Assembly (NCBI RefSeq): GCF_001194135.2
Contig: NC_068983.1
Location: 151,645,444-151,687,043, forward strand
From: Octopus bimaculoides
Lineage: Eukaryota
Reading direction: 5' to 3'
DNA length: 41,600 nt
The position numbers and the translations under genes are program-made. Shown piece after piece: positions 24,721 through 37,330 of the stretch. Below the pieces are notes generated by a model that saw only the letters and a program-made list of their open reading frames with translations, was not told where the DNA came from and made no database searches. Within the stretch, counting starts at the first letter, position 1. Each line of letters opens with the position of its first letter.

Positions 24721-25075
24721 GAATTTCCTGCTGAAATATTTCATATCAGATCTACCACGGATATCTAATGAAATGAATGGATGGACATCACTTATACCAT
24801 GGGGAAGTGTGATTGGCTACTATGTTCAACAACCGAATCTGCCGCCCAGCCAACGACAAGATTAATTCTAAAACAAAACCAACAAATTATCGATCTCCTT
24901 CAATATACTGCAATGTACGTGACAAAATCATTCGACGAAATACATGCCCTATTAAACAGCACCCAAAACCATCCCTGCTTCTATTCATTTTTCATAATTT
25001 CAGCTTCACTAACATTTTTAAATCGTAATGTATAGCGCACATTTTACGTACATAGACACAAACATACACAAGCGC

Positions 25076-25205
25076 GCTACAACGTGGTTTGGAGTTCAGT
25101 CTCACCGCATGGCACTTTGGGGAAGCATCTTCTACTATAGCCTCGGGCCGAATAAACTTTTGTGAGTGGATTTGGTAGACGGAAACTGAAAGAAATCCGT
25201 CGTAA

Positions 25206-25249
<44 letters not shown>

Positions 25250-25274
25250 ATACACACATACACACACAGACATC

Positions 25275-25361
<87 letters not shown>

Positions 25362-25448
25362 TGCGTCTCTGGGGTTGTGTGTGAGTGCGTGCGTGGGTGC
25401 GTTTGACCGGTACCACCGCTTAACAACCGGTGTTCGTGTGTTTACATC
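25076..25448 (+). mobile_element. SINE B, truncated at both ends, with an expanded internal microsatellite
   Basis: Head segment cttctactatagcctcgggccga...ggtagacggaaactgaaagaa at 25076-25203, a (TA)/(CA) tract, then the middle segment cgcttaacaaccggtgttcgtgtgtttacatc. Confidence 0.75.
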
Positions 25449-25452
25449 ACAG

Positions 25453-25609
25453 AGCTTCTTTCGGCTTCCGTCTACCAAATCTACTCACAAGGCCTTCGTC
25501 GGTCCGAGGTTATAGCTGAAAATACTTGGACAAGGTGCCACGCAGTGGGACTGAATCCGAAACCATGTGGTTGGGAAGAAAGCTTCTTACCAGACAGTTA
25601 CGCCTGCGC
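25453..25609 (-). mobile_element. SINE B head, inverted relative to the adjacent copy
   Basis: Reverse complement gcgcaggcgtaactgtctggtaag...cagtcccactgcgtggcaccttgtccaag...ggtagacggaagccgaaagaagc matches the family B head. Confidence 0.75.
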
Positions 25610-25754
25610 TTATCTATCTATCTATCTATCTATCTACCTATCTATCTATCTATCTATCGATGGTCAGATAACTGAAAAGATGGCGGCGTGGGTTTCCGCC
25701 CCGATATTCTAAACTCGGAGTTTTATCATGGCTACCGAATAATTGTTACATATT

Positions 25755-25788
<34 letters not shown>

Positions 25789-25814
25789 NNNNNNNNNNAC
25801 ACACACACACACAT

Positions 25815-25846
<32 letters not shown>

Positions 25847-26646
25847 TCTAGGTGGTAGTGGTGCATCTGCGTCGACCAACTAAATAATCTGTTCTTGCGT
25901 TTAAGTGACTGAGTATTCTACAAACACGTATATCTTTTATATAATATTCAGGTGGACTTAGCATTGGTTTGCGTGCTACAAGGCTGTAGTTTTTGAACTA
26001 CGGTTACAATTTAAGATAGAGCTTTCGTCTACCCAGTTTTTTTCTCACAAAGTACGATTCGATAACAAGCCTCTAAAAAATAATACCGACTCAAGATGTC
26101 ACGTACTTATATCTTAAGCAAGACCTACTTATTACGAATAAAATTGTTTCAAGAAAGTTGTATCGCCAAAGACTTAAACGAACCAAGCAGTTCTCAGCAG
26201 ATGCTTACTGGAAAACATGGGAAATGATGTTAATAGTCTAGTTCCCAGAGTATTGTGTCTAGTTCGACAAATTATTGCGTGATTCCATGAAGCTTTTTAA
26301 ATCTATCAACTATGAATTAAGACCGTAATAGATTTGTCTGCTACACTATCCCACTCCTCAATTCTTTATCGCATTCTCGCTTCAACTCTCCGTGTCAGCA
26401 GTGTGTGTTTGTGTGTTTGCACGCACACACATGCATGTTAACTCCTACACACACACCCACAAACACACACACACAAACACACACACACACACACACGCGC
26501 ACATGGATATACATACAATTACATTGTTTTATGATGAAGAACGAGAGAGGTATCGTGCTCAATACGTGTCATAGGGGATATTGTTGTTTTATTGAAATAA
26601 ATTTTGTGCGTGTGTGTGTGTACGTGCGTGCGTGTGTGTGTGTACG

Positions 26647-26678
<32 letters not shown>

Positions 26679-27177
26679 CGTGCGTGCCAAGATGACCGCA
26701 TCGTTTCAACAAAACGAATTTTCCTTAAGGATTAACTGAGAAGATTGGCTGGATCAACTTAAACGTTGATAAACTTGAATATGCTTCGACCCAAAACTGG
26801 TCCAGGCTATGTCTAAATCAATAGCATAATCTGATAGGTTACATCAAGTTTTGTGGTATTCAAGTGGCCCATTCAAGTAGAGAGTTATTGACTGAGATGT
26901 ATCCAGGCATACCTTCAGAAAATTTGTCTAGGCGTCATTTGAATGTGACGGGACCTTTGGGGTATTGTTAAATAGAGCAAGGCATGTTGAGGAAAAGAAC
27001 TTATGTTGCTGTGTATTTATGCGTTGTGACCTTGAAATGGGTAGGGGGAACAGGGCACGTTGTGTGTGTGTGTGTTTGTGCGTGTGTGCGTGTGTGTCTG
27101 CTGCCATTATTGACCGCCATGATTCACCGTTAGCTCCAAAAGTTATTTTATTCTCTCCCCGTTTATTTCTTCATCTT

Positions 27178-27215
27178 CCTTTCTGATGAAGAGCGCAGGC
27201 TCGAAATGTAAAAGA
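27178..27215 (+). ncRNA. Minimal type I hammerhead ribozyme motif with an intact CUGAUGA/GAAA core, in a PLE-like terminal repeat
   Basis: CUUU-CUGAUGA(27183-27189)-A-GAGC-GCAG-GCUC-GAAA(27203-27206)-UGUA-AAAG. Stem I is 4 bp, stem II is 4 bp, stem III is AUGU and the site is GUA. The flank is homologous to the minus-strand copy at 16866-16960. Confidence 0.65.
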
Positions 27216-28532
27216 CTTTCTCACCTTCCCGAGCGTTAAACTAATACACCTGGTTGTTGTTTATACAGCTGTCTTCGTCTTTTGCCTTTCTGTAAATTTC
27301 ATTCATATATATATATGTATATATACNNNNNNNNNNNNNNNNNNNNNNNNNNNNNNNNNNNNNNNNNNNNNNNNNNNNNNNNNNNNNNNNNNNNNNNNNN
27401 NNNNNNNNNNNNNNNNNNNNNNNNNNNNNNNNNNNNNNNNNNNNNNNNNNNNNNNNNNNNNNNNNNNNNNNNNNNNNNNNNNNNNNNNNNNNNNNNNNNN
27501 NNNNNNNNNNNNNNNNNNNNNNNNNNNNNNNNNNNNNNNNNNNNNNNNNNNNNNNNNNNNNNNNNNNNNNNNNNNNNNNNNNNNNNNNNNNNNNNNNNNN
27601 NNNNNNNNNNNNNNNNNNNNNNNNNNNNNNNNNNNNNNNNNNNNNNNNNNNNNNNNNNNNNNNNNNNNNNNNNNNNNNNNNNNNNNNNNNNNNNNNNNNN
27701 NNNNNNGGGGGCGATCAATAGGGATCGTGTATCACAGTCGATGTAAAAAACGGGGAACAGATTAGGTTTATCCGTGGAGAGAAAAGCCTACGGAAAAGAC
27801 CACGGTCACCTCAGGCTTTTTTTTTTAAAGGTACATGAAAGTAAGTACCTTCTCTCTTTTTGTCTCTTTTTGTTACAAGTCTATGCTTAAAATGGTGTCG
27901 TCTTTCATTCTTACCATTCTTGCCACATTTATAGATAGATAGATAGATAGATAGATAGATGAATACATATAGACCTAAATACATGATATACATACATACA
28001 TGCAGTTATACACAAATATACATACAAACACAGATATATATATATATATATTCACACACCCCACTCCTAGTCCATGTATGCAGACACTCACACACAGACC
28101 CAGTCACATCTGTATTTATGAGGCATCCTCAAATTTCAACAAAATCGCAGACGTGTGCGTGTCAGAATGTATGCTTACGTATGTCCTTAAGTGTATATTT
28201 TGTGCAATTGCGTACATAGGTAGATTTCTGTGCGTTTGTGCGTGTATGCGTGATCGGGTGCGCGTGTGCGTCTAGGCATGTGTGTGAATGTGTGTAATAA
28301 AATACACACCTCTGTTTAATTGAATAACACCTGCTTGAGGCGTTGAAATAATAAATGTTTCGATAATTGGTTCATTCAATAACCGTAGCACATCAATCTT
28401 GTTGATGAGTTGTTATCAATGTCTCAAAGACTTTTGTGTCTGAATGTGCCGTCATATAAACAGGTATACACGTGTGGGTGTGTGTATATGTGTGGGTATG
28501 TGTGTCTGATATACAGTGAAGAAAAATGTTAG

Positions 28533-28579
<47 letters not shown>

Positions 28580-29451
28580 NNNNNNNNNNNNNNNNNNNNN
28601 NNNNNNNNNNNNNNNNNNNNNNNNNNNNNNNNNNNNNNNNNNNNNNNNNNNNNNNNNNNNNNNNNNNNNNNNNNNNNNNNNNNNNNNNNNNNNNNNNNNN
28701 NNNNNNNNNNNNNNNNNNNNNNNNNNNNNNNNNNNNNNNNNNNNNNNNNNNNNNNNNNNNNNNNNNNNNNNNNNNNNNNNNNNNNNNNNNNNNNNNNNNN
28801 NNNNNNNNNNNNNNNNNNNNNNNNNNNNNNNNNNNNNNNNNNNNNNNNNNNNNNNNNNNNNNNNNNNNNNNNNNNNNNNNNNNNNNNNNNNNNNNNNNNN
28901 NNNNNNNNNNNNNNNNNNNNNNNNNNNNNNNNNNNNNNNNNNNNNNNNNNNNNNNNNNNNNNNNNNNNNNNNNNNNNNNNNNNNNNNNNNNNNNNNNNNN
29001 NNNNNNNNNNNNNNNNNNNNNNNNNNNNNNNNNNNNNNNNNNNNNNNNNNNNNNNNNNNNNNNNNNNNNNNNNNNNNNNNNNNNNNNNNNNNNNNNNNNN
29101 NNNNNNNNNNNNNNNNNNNNNNNNNNNNNNNNNNNNNNNNNNNNNNNNNNNNNNNNNNNNNNNNNNNNNNNNNNNNNNNNNNNNNNNNNNNNNNNNNNNN
29201 NNNNNNNNNNNNNNNNNNNNNNNNNNNNNNNNNNNNNNNNNNNNNNNNNNNNNNNNNNNNNNNNNNNNNNNNNNNNNNNNNNNNNNNNNNNNNNNNNNNN
29301 NNNNNNNNNNNNNNNNNNNNNNNNNNNNNNNNNNNNNNNNNNNNNNNNNNNNNNNNNNNNNNNNNNNNNNNNNNNNNNNNNNNNNNNNNNNNNNNNNNNN
29401 NNNNNNNNNNNNNNNNNNNNNNNNNNNNNNNNNNNNNNNNNNNNNNNNNNN

Positions 29452-29492
<41 letters not shown>

Positions 29493-29885
29493 ATATATGT
29501 ATATACGTACATATCTCTTAGAAACATACAGACATACGTACACACACACAACGCTAACTTTGTGTTGCCATACTGTTGATGTGAAATTTTATATCGTAAC
29601 AAAATCTATATTGAGAGTCATTTTGCCATGACAAAACACACGCACTGATACTATTTAACTTCGTTTCATTATCATTACCCAACTTCTTCACTAATTAACC
29701 AATTAACCATTGTTTGATCAATTAATCAATTAGTCATGTCAGTGTCTTTTCATTATTTTTTGCGACTTCATCAATAACATGCCCTTGTTACTTGCATGTT
29801 TATATACCTATATACATATATACATGCACACACGCACACGTACACACACACAAACACACACACATACACATACATATATTATATA

Positions 29886-29930
<45 letters not shown>

Positions 29931-30318
29931 NNNNNNNNNNNNNNNNNNNNNNNNNNNNNNNNNNNNNNNNNNNNNNNNNNNNNNNNNNNNNNNNNNNNNN
30001 NNNNNNNNNNNNNNNNNNNNNNNNNNNNNNNNNNNNNNNNNNNNNNNATCTACACCTACCTACCTACATACATACATACATACATACATACATACATAAA
30101 TAAATACATATGCATGCATCTAGACATAAAAACGCATCCATAAAACAAACATACAAATCTGCGCATACACTAACACCAAATACTGCACACGCACACACAC
30201 ATGCACAAATACCTAGATGATGTTGATAAAAGTTCCAATGCAGGAGCCTTGAATCTATGTTACAGTCCGGCTCTTTCTCTATGGACAAGAAATACAGAAA
30301 TGAAACTGATTGATAACA

Positions 30319-30350
<32 letters not shown>

Positions 30351-30391
30351 GATATGTACATATGTATATATCTATACATAGAACTGATTCT

Positions 30392-30521
30392 ATGCTGGGG
30401 TACCGCAGTTGGATTGTTTGCTTTGCTGCCATCTTCTGCGCTTCTTGCCAAGCGGCAGGTGTATCAGAATCTCTTGAGAAGAAACCCAAGGTCTTGCATT
30501 ATCTGTTCCTGTATCCTGATG
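30392..30521 (+). CDS. Candidate first coding exon (signal-peptide-like) of an unidentified host gene
   Basis: Non-repetitive, GC-richer island. ATG at 30392 gives MLGYRSWIVCFAAIFCASCQAAGVSESLEKKPKVLHYLFLYPD. An AG lies at 30380-30381. Two possible phase-1 donors: CAG|GTGTAT (30459) and ATG|GTAATG (30522). No downstream exon identified. Confidence 0.3.
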
Positions 30522-30700
30522 GTAATGTTGGGAATTTTCGCGCTAAGCAATGGGGTTCCGTTCTGACGTTTGCGTAACTTTCAATGCCAAAGTTTAATAT
30601 TATTTATGAAAGTTTACAGATGGGATTTAATTTTGTGTTACCGTTTCGGAATGTCGTCAAGTGGTTTTCAAGTACAACGTTATATTCATAAATCTTTCGT

Positions 30701-30853
30701 AGTCCGAGATAGACGGTTCTGTAATTTGTTGCTGAACGACTTGGACAAATGATTTCTTTATAGAGATCAACTTTATGTCTCGCAGTCCGAGATGGACGGT
30801 TCAGCAATTTGTTGCTGAACGATTTGGACAAATGATTTCTTCATAGAGATCAA
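30701..30853. repeat. Two ~70-bp direct repeats (period 83) carrying an internal hairpin
   Basis: agtccgagat...gagatcaa at 30701-30770 and 30784-30853 with a 13-nt spacer. Copy 2 has a perfect gttcagcaa-tttg-ttgctgaac stem. Confidence 0.9.
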
Positions 30854-31111
30854 GTATAAGTACTGTATATTAGTTCACTTTCTCCATCAAATCAGCGTTT
30901 CCTGAACAGATGCACGATGTTCCACACATCGAGTGTCGACGTGATCGTATAGCAACGTGAAGTGTCATGTTTTGCTCAAGAATACAACTCACCACCCGGC
31001 TTAAGAATTAAAACCACAATCAAACAATCATGAGTGCAACTCCCAAACTACTATGCCCTGTACCCTCATAACACACACACATACACACGCATAAGTATCC
31101 GTACACTCATA

Positions 31112-31323
31112 CGAGGGTGTCCTGAAAAGGTTTTTGACTTTGAGTAAAAGAAAATACAGGAGGATCAGTTAATTTTGATTTTATCCAACATATCCCCTAT
31201 CAGAGTCGCACAATTATTGCCTGCGATACTTCAGTTTTTCTAAGCCTTGAGAAAAATCTCGGAAATTTGTGCTTTCAATTAGACCTTTCGCGATATTCTT
31301 AAGGCTAAGAACTTTTCAGCATT

Positions 31324-31329
<6 letters not shown>
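31112..31329. mobile_element. Tc1/mariner-type MITE (218 bp)
   Basis: Left end TA|cgagggtgtcctgaaaagg. The right end reverse-complements to cgagggaatgctgaaaagt (15/19 match). The right TA is altered to TG at the start of a (TG)n tract. No ORF. Confidence 0.7.
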
Positions 31330-31373
<44 letters not shown>

Positions 31374-32287
31374 TCTATACACAATCAGGTCCAAACACTC
31401 GCCCACACACACGCGGGTTTGTGTCTGCATCTATACACATCTATATAAAATATGTATATACTCATATATAGACTAATTGTTACATATACATATATATATA
31501 TAATAAACATATACAGATGAATACGAACATACGTATACACAAAAATGTATGTGTGAGCATATATATATATATAATTATACATACACATAAACATTAAAAT
31601 ATACATATGCACATGCACATGCGAACACATACACATATATATGAACATATATACGTGTGTGAATACATATATGTGATATATATAATATACTGCGTGTACC
31701 TGTATGAAAGAAAATAACATTTTATTGAGAAAATCACATTAACATTTTTTTACACTCTCTTACGCGTTAACAGATTTATTTCCATAGTTAATCACTGTAA
31801 TTATATTTATAATTATGTTTAACACCTCATTTTTTTAAATACGTCTTAGTCTCACACCTTACGAATTACGAATGTCGTACGTGTATGTGTGTGTGTGTGT
31901 GTGTGTGGATATACATATGCGCGTAATTTGTGTGCAAATATATATGTATTATTACTGTATTACGTCTTATTTTCATCTAATATTTCAATATATATAAAAT
32001 AGTTGTATGTTCGCGCACACACACGCACACATACATACATACGTACATGCATACACACACGCGCGCATAAATATGTACATTCATACACACACATACGAGT
32101 ATGTATATATGTGTGTATGTGTGTGTAATATAGATATATATGCGAGCGTTGGGTACATCTGAAAGTATGAGCTTTTATATAAATATAACCGTATATTACT
32201 GGGTATATATAATATAAGCATATATATATGCAAGGAACGTGAAGAGAGCAAAGCATAAAGACAGAAAATCACGGTGGTGCTCCAGCA

Positions 32288-32330
32288 TGACCGCAGCCAC
32301 TTGGCTGAAACCCATAAATAAATAAATAAA
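32288..32330 (+). mobile_element. 3' tip of a SINE B-like element
   Basis: cggtggtgctccagcatgaccgcagcc..gctgaaac followed by (TAAA)n. It matches 17781-17820. Confidence 0.5.
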
Positions 32331-33789
32331 ATATATATATATATATATANNNNNNNNNNNNNNNNNNNNNNNNNNNNNNNNNNNNNNNNNNNNNNNNNNN
32401 NNNNNNNNNNNNNNNNNNNNNNNNNNNNNNNNNNNNNNNNNNNNNNNNNNNNNNNNNNNNNNNNNNNNNNNNNNNNNNNNNNNNNNNNNNNNNNNNNNNN
32501 NNNNNNNNNNNNNNNNNNNNNNNNNNNNNNNNNNNNNNNNNNNNNNNNNNNNNNNNNNNNNNNNNNNNNNNNNNNNNNNNNNNNNNNNNNNNNNNNNNNN
32601 NNNNNNNNNNNNNNNNNNNNNNNNNNNNNNNNNNNNNNNNNNNNNNNNNNNNNNNNNNNNNNNNNNNNNNNNNNNNNNNNNNNNNNNNNNNNNNNNNNNN
32701 NNNNNNNNNNNNNNNNNNNNNNNNNNNNNNNNNNNNNNNNNNNNNNNNNNNNNNNNNNNNNNNNNNNNNNNNNNNNNNNNNNNNNNNNNNNNNNNNNNNN
32801 NNNNNNNNNNNNNNNNNNNNNNNNNNNNNNNNNNNNNNNNNNNNNNNNNNNNNNNNNNNNNNNNNNNNNNNNNNNNNNNNNNNNNNNNNNNNNNNNNNNN
32901 NNNNNNNNNNNNNNNNNNNNNNNNNNNNNNNNNNNNNNNNNNNNNNNNNNNNNNNNNNNNNNNNNNNNNNNNNNNNNNNNNNNNNNNNNNNNNNNNNNNN
33001 NNNNNNNNNNNNNNNNNNNNNNNNNNNNNNNNNNNNNNNNNNNNNNNNNNNNNNNNNNNNNNNNNNNNNNNNNNNNNNNNNNNNNNNNNNNNNNNNNNNN
33101 NNNNNNNNNNNNNNNNNNNNNNNNNNNNNNNNNNNNNNNNNNTATATATATATATATACAGAGAGAGAGAGAGAGAGGTGTTTAAAGACATAGATAATGG
33201 GCTTCATGCATTTATTCTTACGTTGTAGACTTACATTTGTTTCTGAGATGCATTTTCGGTGTGTTCATGGCTCAGTGTAATCAGTCAGTCAAATGATGAA
33301 TTGAAAATAGTGAAGGATTGTTGCATTTATAATAGCAGAAGGCGTAAGAAACTTATTGTCCGGATGGATAATCCCTGATTAATAATTCTTTATTTATTTA
33401 TGCATGTAGACATGTTAACATACATACCTAGACCACAATTTGCTCTCACAATTCTTAGGCAGATCCAAAGTTATGTAAGAATAAATTTTACCAGTGAGAT
33501 TGACTTAGGAAATATCAAAGTGGATTTCTGAAGTACGCTATGACGTTTGCGTTGGAAATATGACAAAGAATTTATAGGGAAGACAAGTTGCATTGAACTG
33601 AATTCACCTCGGTAATCCTTTTTATCTGAATATGATTTACTCATGCTACACTAAAAGGAAATAACAGAAAACTATGGAAACCAAAACATACACAAATATG
33701 AGACCTAAGATCAAATTTGTCAATTTTCATCCAGTGCTTATCTATTTCAGGACGCACATTTTCGTAATTAAGATCAAATTTCAATTGAC

Positions 33790-35070
33790 AAAACCATTGA
33801 AGCAGTCACAACATGATTGATCAAAGCTTTAGAAATATCAAGCAAATCTTCGTATCGCATCCTTTCGTCTTAAAATGCGGAAGGACATATAATGTATGGT
33901 TTAGATGCATTAACATCGGGAGAGGAGACTGGTCAAGACAAGAGCCAAACCAAGGTCAGCATGAACACCAGGGTAGTCCAGTTAGTTAGGAGAATAGATC
34001 ACGTAGCCAAATGAGTCGGTCTTATACACCAAAGTTCTCACTTCTACCTGGTCATTGAATGAATTTCATAATTACATGGGGGATATCTAAAGATAAGTTA
34101 GTGGAGACTGCTGAAATATATTTTTTAGAGAAGCTAAGGAAACAAAGCATCTCATCTGTGTGAAATAGGGAGCTGAGTTATACTTCAACGTTTGCTGAGA
34201 AAAGGAACTCCAAGAACAACACCGAACAACAGTGAGGTAGAACGGGAGCAGGGGAGAGTATTTGACATCACAGACCGTTGTTTGCCTTAGATCCAGTTAA
34301 ATTGATCTCAGAATAAATCAATATTATCCTCTAATAAGCACATACACAGACACAAAATTTCTCTCTCCCTCTCTCTCTCTCCTCTCTCTTTCTTTTTCTC
34401 TCTCTCTCTTTCTCGAATTTTCTTCTACTAACTAGTTAGATAGTCTAATATAGCATAGCAATGATGTAATTCTATGTTACAAGGATGTAATTCTATGTTA
34501 CAAGGATGTAATTCTATGTTATATTCATGAAAGACTATCGTATTTATATTTCGTATATAGGACGTTCCCTTTGTATTTTCTATCGTTTTTAATTAACACT
34601 CATTTCATCTTTGATTCAGCAAAACTCCTATCACCAACATCGGTAACTCAACCATTCATCTCGTCTGCAACCATTCATCTCGGTGTACTGTGGTTAAGCA
34701 ATAACTTTTTCTTTTTGTGTTGTTGTATGGTTTAGTATGGGGTAGCAGGGCAGCCTTCGATATTGGTTTATTCCCAGAACATGAAACCTGGTCCGAATGC
34801 TGCGATAGAATGGACTCTACTGAAATGACAAAGTAGTGGTAAAGAACCTGGGTATCTGATTAAGTTTAACACCCAAGAACAAGTAGATCTAATATTTCTA
34901 TACAATTTCTGCCTGAAAATTTTCATCAAGAAAGTTTGGTAGAAGATGTTAGCCAAAGGTTTTGCGTATTGGAAATAACGATCAAGGAATCGCATGAGTG
35001 TGAAGAAAACTTCTGGATGAACATAGTCAAAACTGCGCTCTCCTCTGCCAGAACACGAAGCAGACATTAC
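33790..35070 (-). mobile_element. Possible ancient LINE reverse-transcriptase relic (CR1/L2/Jockey-like)
   Basis: Minus strand shows HPEV..AKPLANIFYQ at ~34930-35020 and LDISKA at ~33815-33845, in the order expected for RT subdomains. The rest is unreadable and interrupted. Confidence 0.3.
34463..34522. repeat. 21-bp tandem repeat, ~3 copies
   Basis: gatgtaattctatgttacaag repeated at 34463, 34484 and 34505 (last copy partial). Confidence 0.9.
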
Positions 35071-36032
35071 AAATGCGAAGTGGCAATAATTTTCACTATG
35101 CAGTAAAACTATCTCACTAGTATTTCAATCATTCCATAGATTTGTGAAATGGGAATTTGCTTAAGTTTTATTCACTCCCGTTTAGGTCAATCCTGATCAC
35201 TGAACCGTTCTTCAAATTCTTCAAGGCTGACCATCAAGAAACTCATCCATTTTCTTTTTATTCTTTTTCAGAAATAACATATCTACGACAGTGATGGCAA
35301 AAACTTTTCGCCTGGTGTATTAAAATTTTAATTTCCTTATATATTTTGCTGTTAGTGTATCACTTACAATTATTCATGTACTTTATAATAAATGCTTATA
35401 ACTATATTTTTATAACATGATATTGTGAATGTAACACGCGTTACCTAAATACATACTACATGCATACATACATACATACATACATACTTATATACACAAC
35501 ATACCAACACATGCATTTCAACTTATATGCGCAGGTCTTGCGCTGTTTCCGTCTATCAAATTACATTTACATATATTGGTCAAAACAAGGCTATAGTTAA
35601 AAACTATGAACTGTGAAATAACCTAAGGAAGCAGTGATCCAGTTTATGTAAACTCTATTTAAACGCGCATAAATTAACACCTACATGCGTGTGTGTGTGT
35701 GTGTGTGTGTTCGCGCGTGCGTGCGTGGTGGAGTGTGTACATGTAGAAGTATAATTAATACAAAGTGACAGGAAAGCTTACCACAAAAATTATACAAGCT
35801 TGAATGAAATGTTAAATGTTTATGTATTAATTAGGACTTTCTCAGTGTGTTGCCGGGTAGTTGGTTTGTATATGTGTGGGTGGGTGGGATGCAGGCGAGT
35901 GTGTAAGAAAGAGAAAAAGAAGGAGAGCAAAAATTGAGAAGACGTTAGGAGTAGCAAACGACCATAAATGTTTAGTATACATACATATTGTATCTGAATA
36001 TTTATATCCAAATTTCAACCAGAATTACGTAT

Positions 36033-36266
36033 AAAGGCGGCGAGCTGGCAGAATCGTTAGCACGCCGGGCGAAATACTTAACGGTATTTCGTCTGCCGTT
36101 ACGTTCTGAGTTCAAATTCCGCCGAGGTCGACTTTGCCTTTCATCCTTTCGGGGTCGATAAATTAAGTACCAGTTACGCACTGGGGCCGATGTATTCGAC
36201 TTAATCCCTTTGTCTGTCTTTGTTTGTCCCCTCTATGTATAGCCCCTTGTGGGCAATAAAGAAATA
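36033..36266 (+). mobile_element. Full-length SINE family A, tail A2, 12-bp TSD
   Basis: A- and B-boxes present. Tail tttgtctgtctttgtttgtcccctctatgtatagccccttgtgggcaataaagaaata. TSD agaattacgtat at 36021-36032 and 36267-36278. Confidence 0.9.
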
Positions 36267-36388
36267 AGAATTACGTATGCGCGCACACACACATATATAT
36301 GTGTGTGCGCTGGTGAGTGCGCATGTGTGTGAATGTTTATATATATATATATATATAAGCATTCACATATATATATATATGTATATAT

Positions 36389-36480
<92 letters not shown>

Positions 36481-36780
36481 TATATATACGTATATGTATG
36501 TATGTTTGTAAATGTATTTATGTGTGTGAGTCTGCTTCTCTGTCTGTCTGTATGTATGCATTATTTATGTGTGTATATATGAATATATATCGTGTTTGCA
36601 TATATTCTCTATTTGAATATTTATATCCAAAATTTCTTCCAGAATTACATATCCATATACGTACACACACACACATATGTGTGTGCGTGTGTGTGTGTGT
36701 GAATGGTTATATGTCTATGTGTGTGTGTGTGTGTATGTGTGTGTGTGTGTATGTGTGTGTATATATATGGTTAGATAGAT

Positions 36781-36832
<52 letters not shown>

Positions 36833-37269
36833 GTTTGTATATGTGTATGTGAGTATGTCTCTGTATGTACGTACGTATGTATGTAGGTATTTGTTTATGC
36901 ATGTATGAATATATATCGTGTTTGCATGTATTTTGCATAATTCTTATAATAATGTGTTCTGAAACGTGGTTGTTTTTTTGCCAAAAGGCTCAAATATTTC
37001 CTATTGGCAAAACAATTTTATCCCTCTGTCAGTCTGTCTCTGTCAGTCTGTCTCTGTCAGTCTGTCTCATATATATGTATATACAGTACGTGTGTGCGTG
37101 AGTGTTGTGTACAGACACATTTATGGATTATGGATGTTTGCTACGTGCATGTACATAACTAAATGGAGACGTATTACATGTACATACATGTAATATAAGC
37201 CAAGGAAGGAGATTGTATATCGTTGAACATAAATAATGAATGTTGAACTAAATCATAAAGAAGCAAATA

Positions 37270-37330
<61 letters not shown>

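Noticed and set aside
29680-29740. Cluster of TAAT/ATTA motifs ~650 bp upstream of the candidate exon
   Set aside because: Such motifs are expected at this AT content. An enhancer cannot be supported without conservation or chromatin data.
30701-30853. CRISPR-like repeat-spacer-repeat with palindromic repeats
   Set aside because: Only two repeats, 70 bp long with a 13-bp spacer, in eukaryotic DNA with no cas genes.
8033-33207. Long ORFs of 100-370 aa in the track that span N-runs (for example 8033-8955, 20788-21451, 28452-29631, 32196-33207)
   Set aside because: They are made of X residues and YI/HT/CV dipeptide repeats from gaps and dinucleotide microsatellites.
34870-35103. Stop-free + strand frame of ~77 codons (..FLPENFHQESLVEDV..) and the overlapping 99-aa minus ORF
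   Set aside because: No convincing splice signals or homology. The minus strand is better explained as a decayed RT region.
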